Positions 27,236 to 37,776 of a stretch of DNA of 64,000 bases are shown here, one piece after another. A program made the translations under genes and the position numbers. The DNA is from a virus, in IMG/VR virus record IMGVR_UViG_3300020048_000055, positions 32,001 through 96,000 of that record; one strand, written 5' to 3'. How positions within the stretch are numbered: the stretch's first letter is position 1; each line of letters starts with the position of its first letter. The notes beneath the pieces were generated by a model. The model ran no database searches, was not told the origin of the DNA, and saw only the letters and a program-made list of their open reading frames with translations.

Positions 27236-29089
27236 TTATCCAACTATTGTCCAACCCTTATTTGTTGCAATCAATCTATCCTCTACGGTTAATAAAGATG
27301 CCCCAAAATTTCCCGTAATAGTTATTGTTTGTCCAGTGACTGGAGAAAACAAATTAGTAAAAATATCAACCAATGCACTCTTACTCAAATTACAACTTGC
27401 ATAGGAAATTGTTGTTTGCGTATTTAGTAAAGTTGCTTTCCCCAATGCAGTACAACCACCAAACATCTGAGAAAAGTTTGTCACTAAACTTGTATTAAGA
27501 AGTGGAATCGTTTGTAAGGCAGTACAATTATAAAACATCTGATAAAAGTTTGTACCTAAACTTGTATTAATAAGTGGAATTGTTTGCAATATAGTACAAC
27601 TATAAAACATCTGAGAAAAGGTTGTACCTTTATTTGTATTAAGAAGTGGAATCGTTTGTAAGACAGTACAACCATAAAACATCTGAGAAAAATTTGTACC
27701 TAAATTTGTATCCAGAAGTGGAATCGTTTGTAAGGCAGTACAATTATTAAACATATAAGAAAAAATTGTACCTTTACTTGTATTAATAAGTGGAATCGTT
27801 TGTAAGGCAGTACAACCAGAAAACATACCAGTAAAGGTTGTACCTAAATTTGTATCAAGAAGGGGAATAGTTTGTAATATAGTACAACCATTAAACATAT
27901 TAGAAAAGTTTATACCTAAACTTGTATTAATAAGTGGAATCGTTTGTAAGGCAGTACAATTATAAAACATATGAGAAAAATTTGTACCTGAAATTGTATC
28001 AATTAGTGGAATAGTTTGTAAGGAACTACAATTATTAAACATCTGGAAAAAGTTTGTACCTAAACTTGTATCAATTAGTGGAATAGTTTGTAAGGAACTA
28101 CAACCATAAAACATAGAAGAAAAGGTTGTACCTAAACTTGTATCAAGAACCGGAATAGTTTGTAAGGAACTACAACCATAAAACATAGAATTAAAAATTG
28201 TCCCTAAATTTGTATTAAGAAGGGGAATCGTTTGTAAGGAAGGACAACTCGCAATCATAGAAGAAAAGGTTGTACCTAAACTTGTATCAAGAAGCGGAAT
28301 CGTTTTTAATGAAAAACAACTCGCAAACATATTAGAAAAGTCGGTACCTAAACTGGTATTTAGAAGTGGAATCGTTTGTAATGATTTACAATTATTAAAC
28401 ATCTGGAAAAAGTTTGTACCTAAACTTGTATCAAAAAGTGGAATCGTTTGTAAGGAAGAACAACCATTAAACATAGCAGAAAAGTTTGTAATATTATTTA
28501 AGCCTAAACTAAAGGATTCTAACAACTTTAAGTTTTGAACATTAAGTAGAGTAATTAAACTACCATTTCCAGAAATGTCTAAAAAGGGATTATATTTATT
28601 TGGTGCTGAGGTGTGAAAGACCCCTAAGTTAACCGAAGTAAAATTAAAAGTTGCTTGAGGGGTAATCGTAATTAATACTTGCTTATAACCTAATGTTGAC
28701 AGATTCGAGCAAGTTGCATAGTCATAACTATGTTCAGCTTTAATTCCTGCTACGAAGTTTTCGGAAACTCCATCACCCCAGTCTACGGAATAATTTCCTG
28801 AGATTGTAACTGCAACGAAATTTGAGTCATGGTCGTAAACTGGATAGAGACCAATTACTTTTTGTTCAGATTCCAAAATTGTAGGAATTGTTAACCAATC
28901 AGCAGGTCTTTGGTAACTATTATAAACATCTAACCAATCAGCTTCGCTCCATTCTTTTGGAGCTGTTCCGTCATCATATTTCATGAGAGGAACATAGTCT
29001 CTCAAGATGTCAGAGGTTGTACCTAATTTTGCTTTCATCAGATTTTTCGTTTCAGTCAAGTAATTTAATTTATTCAGTAATTCACTCAT
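27236..29089 (-). CDS. BspA/DUF285-type LRR protein, paralog C (14 full repeats)
   Basis: Same N-terminus (7-aa deletion) and C-cap as paralogs A and B; late-type motif at 29114. Confidence 0.9.
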   Translation of the reverse strand: MSELLNKLNYLTETKNLMKAKLGTTSDILRDYVPLMKYDDGTAPKEWSEADWLDVYNSYQRPADWLTIPTILESEQKVIGLYPVYDHDSNFVAVTISGNYSVDWGDGVSENFVAGIKAEHSYDYATCSNLSTLGYKQVLITITPQATFNFTSVNLGVFHTSAPNKYNPFLDISGNGSLITLLNVQNLKLLESFSLGLNNITNFSAMFNGCSSLQTIPLFDTSLGTNFFQMFNNCKSLQTIPLLNTSLGTDFSNMFASCFSLKTIPLLDTSLGTTFSSMIASCPSLQTIPLLNTNLGTIFNSMFYGCSSLQTIPVLDTSLGTTFSSMFYGCSSLQTIPLIDTSLGTNFFQMFNNCSSLQTIPLIDTISGTNFSHMFYNCTALQTIPLINTSLGINFSNMFNGCTILQTIPLLDTNLGTTFTGMFSGCTALQTIPLINTSKGTIFSYMFNNCTALQTIPLLDTNLGTNFSQMFYGCTVLQTIPLLNTNKGTTFSQMFYSCTILQTIPLINTSLGTNFYQMFYNCTALQTIPLLNTSLVTNFSQMFGGCTALGKATLLNTQTTISYASCNLSKSALVDIFTNLFSPVTGQTITITGNFGASLLTVEDRLIATNKGWTIVG

Positions 29090-29129
29090 TTGTATAGTTT
29101 CCTTTATAGTATTTAATTAGTAAGAAAAT

Positions 29130-29160
29130 AAAAAAGGATACCCTTATTTAAGAGTATCCC
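29130..29160 (-). terminator. Intrinsic terminator
   Basis: GGATAC.CTTA/TAAG.GTATCC hairpin followed by a U tract on the - strand. Confidence 0.65.
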
Positions 29161-29183
29161 TCCTTTAGAAAGAAAATAAAAAC

Positions 29184-31304
29184 TTAGAGATATTCTCCAC
29201 CATCAATATCTGAGTATTGATTAAGTATTTCACCACTTGTTGCTGGCATTGTATTGGTTGAGGATACTAATGCATTAGCTTTTACAATGCTTGTTACAGC
29301 ACCTTCGGCTAAATTTACTGTACCTTCAACTTTAATACCTGTAGCAGGGTCAGTACCTACCTGAACTCTTGATATAGGAGAATCAACGAATCCAGTTCCT
29401 TCCTTTACCGGAATATAATCCTCAGTAACGTTTGCAGTAACACTATCAATAACTGATTGGAGATCAGTATCTACGATAAGGGTACCAGTAACAGAAGGGA
29501 GAGTAATAGTAATGTTAGAATTTTCGGCAGGGTTCTGAACGATGGTAGCTTTAGCTCCCGGTATAATTACCGTTCCACCAAGAGTACCTACTTGGTCTAT
29601 TACAACTACAGTATCAGCACCTGCAACGATTGTATTTACACCCTCTGTTTCTGCGGTGTAAGTGAACGTTCCATCACCATTAATGGTAAGAAGGAAACCT
29701 GCAACTGCATCACCAAGGGCATAAGAGGCACCACCGTTTACGGTGAATGAACCAGTACCAGTTTCAGATACTGTGAAGATTGTAGAAGCAGGGGGGGTTA
29801 CAATAGATGACTCAAGGCGTTGAATACCAAGATTTTTTCCACCATCAATTGAAACTGAAGTTGCATCTTCAATGAGAGAAGATTTGTTTACGTTGTTAAG
29901 AGTATCTGAAGCTTTGTAGATACGACCAACTTCGGAATTGGTATCAACATTTACAAGAGCTTTAGGGGCAGATACCAGTATGGTATTTCCACCTACAGGA
30001 GAAGATACCTCAACTGCACGACCATCACCAACAAACTCAGGAGAACCTTCATGAAGAACACCATCTGCAAGGATACCTTTTAAGGTTGCTTCATTGCTAA
30101 GAACATTCCATACGGCACCGGAACCTGAGGAATATGATTCAACAATAAGCCAGTCACCATTATTAACACGGATTGCACCTTCATCACCTTCAGAAACTAT
30201 CGTACCCGTATTTGTAATGTAGAGGGTATCACCTGAGATAATCCAGTAATCACCTTTAATAAGGGTTTCGTTATTATCATTTTCAGTGGAAGTATCGGAA
30301 ACAGTTTTATCTGCGTCAGTAGGAAGAACTACTTTGCTTGTCCACATTCCCTGATATTCCATTGCACCAATAATGGTACTTGGAAGTTGGTCAAGATAAA
30401 TCTTACCCATTCCATCAAGGTCAGCTTTTGTAGAGAATACTCTCTGAAGAACGTCTTGAAGAGAAGTGATAACGGAGTCACCTGCATTATATTCAGTGAA
30501 AGCGTCAGAACCTGCTCTACGAGTAAGGGCTTGAGTAAGAGTAATATCATTTGCATTTGACCCAAGGTCAACAACTTGATATTTCTTAATTATTGTTACA
30601 CCAGCACCATTATCAATGGTATCTGAGGTACAAATTACAAGATTACCCTTTGAGATATATACTTGACCAGTAGATACCCCTGCGGTAGCACCAGAGTCTC
30701 CAGTTATTTCACCAGAATCGGTATCTATAGCAGTTACGTTATTATTTTCTACATAGTAAAACTTACCAGGATAACAATTAGCTTCAGAGGTGAAAACTCC
30801 ACCGTACTCAAGCTTGTGTCTATCAAGGTCAACTATTGCTTTCTGAACATCGAGAGCATCAGAAAGAATACTTGTACCCGCAGGATTGAAAGTTGTTTCA
30901 ACAGCAGATCCACCAGAATTGTTTACTCTAATCCATTTCTTTGCAGAAGTTCCTAGATCATAGTTTTCTTTGTTGGCATCATTATATACATAGATAAGGA
31001 AGTCAGAAACTCTAGCATTAACTACTTTTCCCGTACCATCATCGGCAATAATGAAATCCGCTGTTACTTCATACATATCTCCATAGTTTGGAGTAGAAGG
31101 GAGTGCTGAGATGTCACCTACGAAGTTTAGGGTGTTTAATCCACCAAACTTAAAATGTTTTCCATCTGGGCCAAGATTGGGGCCATCACCAATGTAAAGT
31201 TGTTTACTACCTTTATCAAAAAAGATTTCACCATTACCAAGACGACCCTCTGCCGTTATTTTACTTGCTAATGATCCACGAGAGACTCTAATTTTCTGTG
31301 CCAT
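29184..31304 (-). CDS. Tail fibre-like protein with Mtd-N-like N-terminus
   Basis: IRVSRG...GEIFFD...LYIGDG N-terminus; KADL..GKI..QLP...G..EYQG.W; C-terminal IDGGEY. Confidence 0.6.
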   Translation of the reverse strand: MAQKIRVSRGSLASKITAEGRLGNGEIFFDKGSKQLYIGDGPNLGPDGKHFKFGGLNTLNFVGDISALPSTPNYGDMYEVTADFIIADDGTGKVVNARVSDFLIYVYNDANKENYDLGTSAKKWIRVNNSGGSAVETTFNPAGTSILSDALDVQKAIVDLDRHKLEYGGVFTSEANCYPGKFYYVENNNVTAIDTDSGEITGDSGATAGVSTGQVYISKGNLVICTSDTIDNGAGVTIIKKYQVVDLGSNANDITLTQALTRRAGSDAFTEYNAGDSVITSLQDVLQRVFSTKADLDGMGKIYLDQLPSTIIGAMEYQGMWTSKVVLPTDADKTVSDTSTENDNNETLIKGDYWIISGDTLYITNTGTIVSEGDEGAIRVNNGDWLIVESYSSGSGAVWNVLSNEATLKGILADGVLHEGSPEFVGDGRAVEVSSPVGGNTILVSAPKALVNVDTNSEVGRIYKASDTLNNVNKSSLIEDATSVSIDGGKNLGIQRLESSIVTPPASTIFTVSETGTGSFTVNGGASYALGDAVAGFLLTINGDGTFTYTAETEGVNTIVAGADTVVVIDQVGTLGGTVIIPGAKATIVQNPAENSNITITLPSVTGTLIVDTDLQSVIDSVTANVTEDYIPVKEGTGFVDSPISRVQVGTDPATGIKVEGTVNLAEGAVTSIVKANALVSSTNTMPATSGEILNQYSDIDGGEYL

Positions 31305-31355
31305 ATTTATTTCCTTTTATTTCTAAAAATTTAACTAAAAAAGTTATTTAAGTAA

Positions 31356-32654
31356 TTAGTTGATGTGTTTTCCATAAAGTATTACATCACCAAATTCACC
31401 TGCATATATTGCTATTTTCCTGTTAGAGAAAGAACTATCTAAATACCATCCATCAAAATATCCCCCTGAGTCTGAAACTGGAGTCTGAAGTACAAGACCG
31501 CTAAGTGTTGTGTAACTTGCAGAAGATGCCCCACTCATTCCATTTAATATGTATGTGACAGTATATGTATTTAAGGAATACATAATATAATAATTAGTAG
31601 GTGAATAAATAATAGAAGAATACAAAGAACTTATTGAGGTTGAGTCGGCATTTCCCTCCTTAATTGAGTTTAATGTATACCCATTATAAGTTTTAATTGT
31701 AAAATCTGTAGGAAGGATTTCATTGAAAAACTTTATTGGAAACGAAGTTTCTACAATGTTTCCATTGTTTGGGCCACTCGAAAAGTCTGATGAAATTAAT
31801 TCATAAACAGTTACCGTAAATAACTTCTTTGAAAATCTACCTGCAATAAAAGAATAATTAGGATTACTTAAACTTAAGGTTTCTTGTGTGTAAGGTTCGG
31901 TTAACTCATACCCCTCTATACTTATTCCTTCAAGTATTTGTTCGTAAGAGGTTTCTACCGAAATAGGTAAACTATTTATCACTACTTTAGTGAATCCCTC
32001 TATTGTATCGGAAGTTTCATCTAATTCGCACTGTAATCTTTGTAAAAGTTCAATAGTAACTGAACCCTCTAAATATACATATAGTTTTGTAGAAAGGAAT
32101 ATTCTATTTTCTAAACTTGAGAGAGATTCTCCATCTTCTCCTAAAAATAGCCCATTGAAAGAATACATACAATTTTCAAAAAGAATTATATCTCCTTCCA
32201 AAAAACAAATGGATGAACCCATTTCCGTTATTAGAGAACCCTTATTAACTAAAGACCCCTTTATAACTAAGGAGCTTCCTGAAAGTAAGGTAATTGTACC
32301 TATATTAATAAATTCTGAGTTTATTGTTAATTTTCCATTCCTTCCTAAAGTAATATCTCCGGTATTGGTATAAGAATCATTGGTTATAAAGTTTCCAAAT
32401 TCCCGAATTACAATCTTTCCTGAACTTACAAAAGGTACATTTATCTCTAAAACAGCATCATCATAAACTGTTAGCTCCCTAATTAAAGCTTCTTGAATAG
32501 AGTTTATTTCATCACTATTATAAAGGTCTATATATTTATAGGTATCGTTTGACATTTTTATAGCTTTAGAAACTCCCCCCATATGTTTTGAAAAACATAT
32601 TAAATTATTCTCTCTTTCTGATCTAATTGGATGTGAGGCTCTTGGTAATTTCAT
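31356..32654 (-). CDS. Virion accessory protein with C-terminal InlB B-repeat
   Basis: YTVTYILNG...FDGWY...GDVILYG; N-terminus resembles that of 32698-37773. Confidence 0.6.
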   Translation of the reverse strand: MKLPRASHPIRSERENNLICFSKHMGGVSKAIKMSNDTYKYIDLYNSDEINSIQEALIRELTVYDDAVLEINVPFVSSGKIVIREFGNFITNDSYTNTGDITLGRNGKLTINSEFINIGTITLLSGSSLVIKGSLVNKGSLITEMGSSICFLEGDIILFENCMYSFNGLFLGEDGESLSSLENRIFLSTKLYVYLEGSVTIELLQRLQCELDETSDTIEGFTKVVINSLPISVETSYEQILEGISIEGYELTEPYTQETLSLSNPNYSFIAGRFSKKLFTVTVYELISSDFSSGPNNGNIVETSFPIKFFNEILPTDFTIKTYNGYTLNSIKEGNADSTSISSLYSSIIYSPTNYYIMYSLNTYTVTYILNGMSGASSASYTTLSGLVLQTPVSDSGGYFDGWYLDSSFSNRKIAIYAGEFGDVILYGKHIN

Positions 32655-32697
32655 GTATATATTCTCCTACAAGCATAATGCGTAATTATCGTGAACA

Positions 32698-35600
32698 TTA
32701 TACAGTCTTCCAAAAGGCAGTTAGAACCAAATTTACCAACAATCCTGAAGTGCTTGTTCTCACTACCGAATTCTGGTCTTTCCAAACATCAAAAGTAAAT
32801 CCTGCTTTTGTAGGAGAAAGAAATGTAAAGTTTGTATCAACGTTAAAAGAAGCTATATTTGAAACATTGTTTGTTCCACCATTTAGTGAATAAGTTATTG
32901 TATAGGTGATATAAATCCAATTAGCTGTCAAACTTAAGGAATTGAAAATACCCGTAGTGGAAGTTAGTTGAACCCCAACTGGGTCTGTCCATTTTACGAA
33001 AGTAAAACCTGATTTTGTAGGAGAAAGAAAAGTAAAATTGGTATCAACATTAAAAGAAGCTATATTTGAAACATTATTTGTTCCACCATTTAGGGAATAC
33101 GCTATTGTGTAAGTGATATAATTCCAAAAAGCGTTCATAACCAAATTCACCAACAATCCTGAAGTGTTTGTTCTCACTACGGAGTTTTGGTCTTTCCAAG
33201 AACTAAAAGTAAATCCTGATTTTGTAGGAGAAAGAAAAGTAAAATTGGTATCAACATTAAAAGAAGCTATATTTGAAACATTGTTTGTTCCACCATTTAA
33301 CGAATACGCTATTGTGTAAGTGATATAATTCCAAAAAGCGTTCATAACCAAATTTACCAACAATCCTGAAGTGCTTGTTCTCACTACCGAATTCTGGTCT
33401 TTCCAAACATCAAAAGTAAATCCTGCTTTTGTAGGAGAAAGAAATGTAAAGTTTGTATCAACGTTAAAAGAGGTTATACTTGAAACATTATTTGTTCCAC
33501 CATTTAGGGAATACGCTATTGTATAGGTAATATAATTCCAAAAAGCGTTCATAACTAGATCAGAGAATACTGAGGAGGTGTTTGTTCTTACTACAGAGTT
33601 CTGGTCTTTCCAAACATCAAAAGTATAACCTGCTTTTGTAGGAGGTACAAATTTTGCCTGATTATCTACACTAAAATAAGTAGGATTTGACCCAACTACT
33701 TCGGATACATAATTGTGCTGAGTATAAACTTCTGGTAAATGTTTTATTTTATATAAAGTTTGAATGTCAGACAATTCGATAGCTTTTTTATAAAAAATAA
33801 AATCACCAAAAAACCCTGTATAGCTATAGCTATTATAGGTAGAAGCCTGTTGCCATTTACCGAACAGGAGATTTCCAGAATAGGAACATATTCCTACATG
33901 GCTTCGGGTAGCTTTTAATACCGAGTTTATATAAATCTTTTGGGATATTCCATCCCAAGTTATAGTAAACATGTATCGAGTTATTCCTGTAAAAGAAATT
34001 CCATGATACCATTCATCTATCGGATCTTTCCAAGAAACTTCCCCATATTTATAAAACTTTGCATTATCACTTCCTAGAGCCATTTTACCTGCATTTACAT
34101 CTTGCCAGAAAGAGAAGGTGTAAGCAGTTAGATTTTCCACGAAAGGTACTTTAATAAAGCCGTTATTAAAACAATGGATTCCATCCGTTGTAGGTCTACA
34201 CCCATAGTTTGTTCCTAAACTTCTTGTCCCTGATAGATATTTCCCTGTACCAATATAGATTGCTTCAATTGTTACTAATGAGGTAGCACTAAAGTTCATA
34301 TCAAGAAAATAAGCAACATAACTAAAGTTTCCACAAGAAGCAGATATAATAGTTTTCTCATTAGCCTTAATGCTTTTTGAGACATAGAAATGCATATCTG
34401 TTTCAATAGATATTGTTTGATCAACTGAGGAGGTTAGGACGTAAATTACTTCTTGATTTCTAGGGTCTTTAGTTAATCTCCACATTGCTCCATTTGTGTT
34501 TACTGTGAAAACGAGTTTTCCACTTGACAGCACATAAGAGCAGTTAGTTAAATATATAAAACTACTTGAATCGTCGGATGTAAAATTATTGTTTCTAAAG
34601 AAGGTATTACCTACTGGGTCATCAGGAAGTTTTGGGAGAGAAAAGTTCATTCCAGAATTATTTAAAACAAGATCTTCTTGGGCGAGATATTCTCCATTGC
34701 CTAGATAGAAAGATGATATGGTAGAGTTTCCACTTGAGGTAGAAGGGTAGTGATACCAGTTCCATTTCCACTCCCATCCATCATTAGGCACATTAAAAAC
34801 GAACTCTTGAAAAGTAGGTTCTTGAAAGTTCCATGCCCAAGACATTGTTCCACCTGACCAATCACTTCTCCAAATATAGAATCTGGGATAACCAACCCCT
34901 TTAATAGAGCCTCTTCCCGCTCTTGCTCTAATGTGTACGGTTTTCCCTCCGATACCCAAAGTCCCACCATATGAACCATAATCGGTAAAGTTTATTTTTG
35001 GAGAAGGTAATAGCACAAGTGTTCCTGCGGGGTCATCAGGTATTTCGGGTAAAGAAACATCCGCAAAGGTAAAGTTTAAGTCAGGGTTTTCTGGAAGTTT
35101 ATAATCAATGAAGTTCCAGAGAGAACTTGTATATTCATACACTTGGTTTTGTAAATATCCGAATTGACCCGAAGTAGCTACGGGACTTGTAGAGTTAAGT
35201 ATTTTTATGGGATTACCAATTTTTCTCCAAGTATAATCCGTAGGGATTAATGATGGGGAGGTAGTTGTTTTACTTACACTTGAACCCTCATATAGTTTTC
35301 CAACTGGATTATTACTGAGATTACTTCCGAGTAAGTCTGTTGCATATTTTCTCCAAGAGAAAGTGGTTGTTCCTCCATTTAGGATATATGAAATATTAAA
35401 AGTTTTTGTTTGTAGGTTTGGAATAATATCATAGTCATTATCTATTCCAACAATAGGTAAGAAAGGGGAAAGGGCTGTCGAACTTTGTACTGTATATATA
35501 TTAGGGGAACTTAGTAGCCAAATAGTTCCAGAGGTGACTGCATTATATCCAGTTCTTAGTGCAGTAGAAGTCTTATCTGGGGAAAGTTTTAAGCATTTTA

Positions 35601-37773
35601 CGGGAATGGATTCATCCTCATAATCGGGAGGAGGGACTGTAGAAATATCTACGCTATTTCCTAAGATATAAGTTTTAAACTTTTTCTTAGTAGTTGCTAA
35701 GTAGTTAGAAATAAAATAACAGTTAATTCCTGAACCACTTGAATCCCACTTACGGGTTACGAAGTTGTAGGTGTAAATTAAATAGGTTTCTCCATATGTA
35801 AGACCAAGAAATAATCCAGAAGCAGAGGAGTAATTTGGGCAGGTAAGTCCAAAGGAAAACTCAAGGAGTTCTGTAGGTTGAACACTGAAGGTGCTTGTGC
35901 TAAAATGACAAGAGGGGGCAACAACCCTTAATGACTTTTCATTTGTTATTGGGTCACTTACTATAGTTCCTGTGGTAGACCAATTAACTAGCGTATCATT
36001 TGAAAAATTATTTAGTTTGTTATTATAATTAGAAGTAATAGACTTTCTGTTTAACCACTCGCCATTGAAAGAGTAACCTTTAGGCTTAGAGTCAAGAGTC
36101 AATGTTTGAGAATCACCATAATATTTCATTTGGTCAGAAACTTCCGAAAACTTTACTAAAGAAAAAACCTTTGAGAAAATTATTCTAAACTTCATAAGTT
36201 CGTATTTTACTAGAACTGAATAGGGGGTATTAAATCCATTTCCTGTTAAAGTATTAATAGGGTTATAGTTTCGATTAAAGCTTGTAGTGTTTTGGTAAGA
36301 AACTATATTTGAGACAAGGTTAAAAGTTTGTGAAATACTAATAAAACTTGAAGGAAGGGTACTGGTTACAGTTCCTAAGACATTCTTTTGAAAACTAAGT
36401 GCAAAAGTAGTTGGGGTTAAATATTCGGCTTTTGTTGAATCGTTTACTGAGGTTTCAAGTAAGCTGTTCTTATAAAGTTCCTTTACAATTGAAATAGTAT
36501 AAAACCTTGGAACATCATGGGAGATGAGAATTAAGTTCTTACTCATTTTATTTGAGAAATTATAATAATTAAAGGGCGAAGTTTCGTACCAACCTAAGAA
36601 GATTCTTGTTTGATCGGAAATAGTTATAGGGGGTGTTGGTACTCCAAGAATACTGTCTCTCCAAAGATTTTCTATTTTATAATCAGAAGAATCGAAAAGG
36701 AACTTAACTAAATACAGATAGTCGTAGTTTATAACAACAGAATCACTACCTATACTATTATTACCAGAGGGTATAAAATACTGAGGATATTCGTTTATCT
36801 GATTATAAGAATAGTTTATAGTATTTACAGATAATGTTTTAGGTCTTGAAAAAGATCCTGAAGTGTTTGATACATAAGTTTTCGGTATAGGTAATTCATA
36901 GTGAACAAATATTGAAGATGGGGAGATAGTAACAACATCTAATTCTGAGTCTTTATTTAAGGTAGTTGTAAAGTTTAATTCTAATAGGCTTCTGTCAAAG
37001 TAGTAGCTTAATACCTTAGGGTATGCTTGAGCAAGAGAATATCTTACAACAGTATTTAAGTTTAATTTTTCCTCAAAATAATTATACAGTTTATTATTAA
37101 TTACTAGAGAGCTTTTACTAATAGCTTCTTGACCTGAGTAAGATTCTGCTAACGAATAGGTAGATAGGTCTGTATTTTGTCTATAGAAGTGTTGAGTATA
37201 ATTAAACTTAAAGTTATCACTGTCTGAAAGTTTTCCTGAAATGGAACCTATTTCATAATTCCCATTTACTTGAATAGTATCTGGTTCTCCCTCAATAATA
37301 ATTGTACCACCATTCTTAAAAATTATATTTGAAAGAAGGCAACTATTAAATTTAGACGAGTATCTTAAATACAATGTGGAATTATCTATTACAATGGTTG
37401 ATCCATCTTGGATATCTAAATAACAATCTCCTAACATTCCTGCTTGATTCAAAGAGTTAAAGGTTGTCTGGTCATATCCTAAATAATAATTTGTGTTAGA
37501 AATATATAGAGTTGTTCCAGAGTATAAGTGTAATGTACCATAATGAAAAAAGTTTGCACTTAAGGTAAGTCTTCGTTGTTGTTTAGATACAATAACATCA
37601 CTAATACTTTTAAGTGTAGTTGGTACTGAGATTGTATCAGTACCAAACACATCAATCCACTTCCAAGTAGTCTGGGAGTCCTTTATTGCCTGAGCTGAAC
37701 CCCCACGGTCTCTACTATAGTAGTGTCTTTCTCGTTCAAGAATTGTTGATTCTATTTTTGGTTTTACTTGCAT
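32698..37773 (-). CDS. Large virion adhesin with LamG-like domain and tandem InlB B-repeats
   Basis: YTFSFW...TITWDG...KIYINS...GFFGDFIFYKKAI...I..LY (LamG-like); four-plus 69-aa YTIAYSLNGG...PTK.G.TF..W repeats. Confidence 0.7.
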   Translation of the reverse strand: MQVKPKIESTILERERHYYSRDRGGSAQAIKDSQTTWKWIDVFGTDTISVPTTLKSISDVIVSKQQRRLTLSANFFHYGTLHLYSGTTLYISNTNYYLGYDQTTFNSLNQAGMLGDCYLDIQDGSTIVIDNSTLYLRYSSKFNSCLLSNIIFKNGGTIIIEGEPDTIQVNGNYEIGSISGKLSDSDNFKFNYTQHFYRQNTDLSTYSLAESYSGQEAISKSSLVINNKLYNYFEEKLNLNTVVRYSLAQAYPKVLSYYFDRSLLELNFTTTLNKDSELDVVTISPSSIFVHYELPIPKTYVSNTSGSFSRPKTLSVNTINYSYNQINEYPQYFIPSGNNSIGSDSVVINYDYLYLVKFLFDSSDYKIENLWRDSILGVPTPPITISDQTRIFLGWYETSPFNYYNFSNKMSKNLILISHDVPRFYTISIVKELYKNSLLETSVNDSTKAEYLTPTTFALSFQKNVLGTVTSTLPSSFISISQTFNLVSNIVSYQNTTSFNRNYNPINTLTGNGFNTPYSVLVKYELMKFRIIFSKVFSLVKFSEVSDQMKYYGDSQTLTLDSKPKGYSFNGEWLNRKSITSNYNNKLNNFSNDTLVNWSTTGTIVSDPITNEKSLRVVAPSCHFSTSTFSVQPTELLEFSFGLTCPNYSSASGLFLGLTYGETYLIYTYNFVTRKWDSSGSGINCYFISNYLATTKKKFKTYILGNSVDISTVPPPDYEDESIPVKCLKLSPDKTSTALRTGYNAVTSGTIWLLSSPNIYTVQSSTALSPFLPIVGIDNDYDIIPNLQTKTFNISYILNGGTTTFSWRKYATDLLGSNLSNNPVGKLYEGSSVSKTTTSPSLIPTDYTWRKIGNPIKILNSTSPVATSGQFGYLQNQVYEYTSSLWNFIDYKLPENPDLNFTFADVSLPEIPDDPAGTLVLLPSPKINFTDYGSYGGTLGIGGKTVHIRARAGRGSIKGVGYPRFYIWRSDWSGGTMSWAWNFQEPTFQEFVFNVPNDGWEWKWNWYHYPSTSSGNSTISSFYLGNGEYLAQEDLVLNNSGMNFSLPKLPDDPVGNTFFRNNNFTSDDSSSFIYLTNCSYVLSSGKLVFTVNTNGAMWRLTKDPRNQEVIYVLTSSVDQTISIETDMHFYVSKSIKANEKTIISASCGNFSYVAYFLDMNFSATSLVTIEAIYIGTGKYLSGTRSLGTNYGCRPTTDGIHCFNNGFIKVPFVENLTAYTFSFWQDVNAGKMALGSDNAKFYKYGEVSWKDPIDEWYHGISFTGITRYMFTITWDGISQKIYINSVLKATRSHVGICSYSGNLLFGKWQQASTYNSYSYTGFFGDFIFYKKAIELSDIQTLYKIKHLPEVYTQHNYVSEVVGSNPTYFSVDNQAKFVPPTKAGYTFDVWKDQNSVVRTNTSSVFSDLVMNAFWNYITYTIAYSLNGGTNNVSSITSFNVDTNFTFLSPTKAGFTFDVWKDQNSVVRTSTSGLLVNLVMNAFWNYITYTIAYSLNGGTNNVSNIASFNVDTNFTFLSPTKSGFTFSSWKDQNSVVRTNTSGLLVNLVMNAFWNYITYTIAYSLNGGTNNVSNIASFNVDTNFTFLSPTKSGFTFVKWTDPVGVQLTSTTGIFNSLSLTANWIYITYTITYSLNGGTNNVSNIASFNVDTNFTFLSPTKAGFTFDVWKDQNSVVRTSTSGLLVNLVLTAFWKTV
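32700..33650 (-). repeat. 207-bp coding tandem repeats (about 4.5 copies)
   Basis: Near-identical units; ~120 bp at 32730-32850 matches 33351-33471 (3x207 apart). Confidence 0.85.
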
Positions 37774-37776
37774 AGC

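Noticed and set aside
9318-28500. Diversity-generating retroelement acting on the LRR arrays
   Set aside because: Many variable codons are NNT, but differences such as ACG/ACT, AAC/AAT and GCC/TCC are not adenine-specific. There is no reverse transcriptase or non-coding template repeat in the window, though one elsewhere in the genome cannot be excluded.
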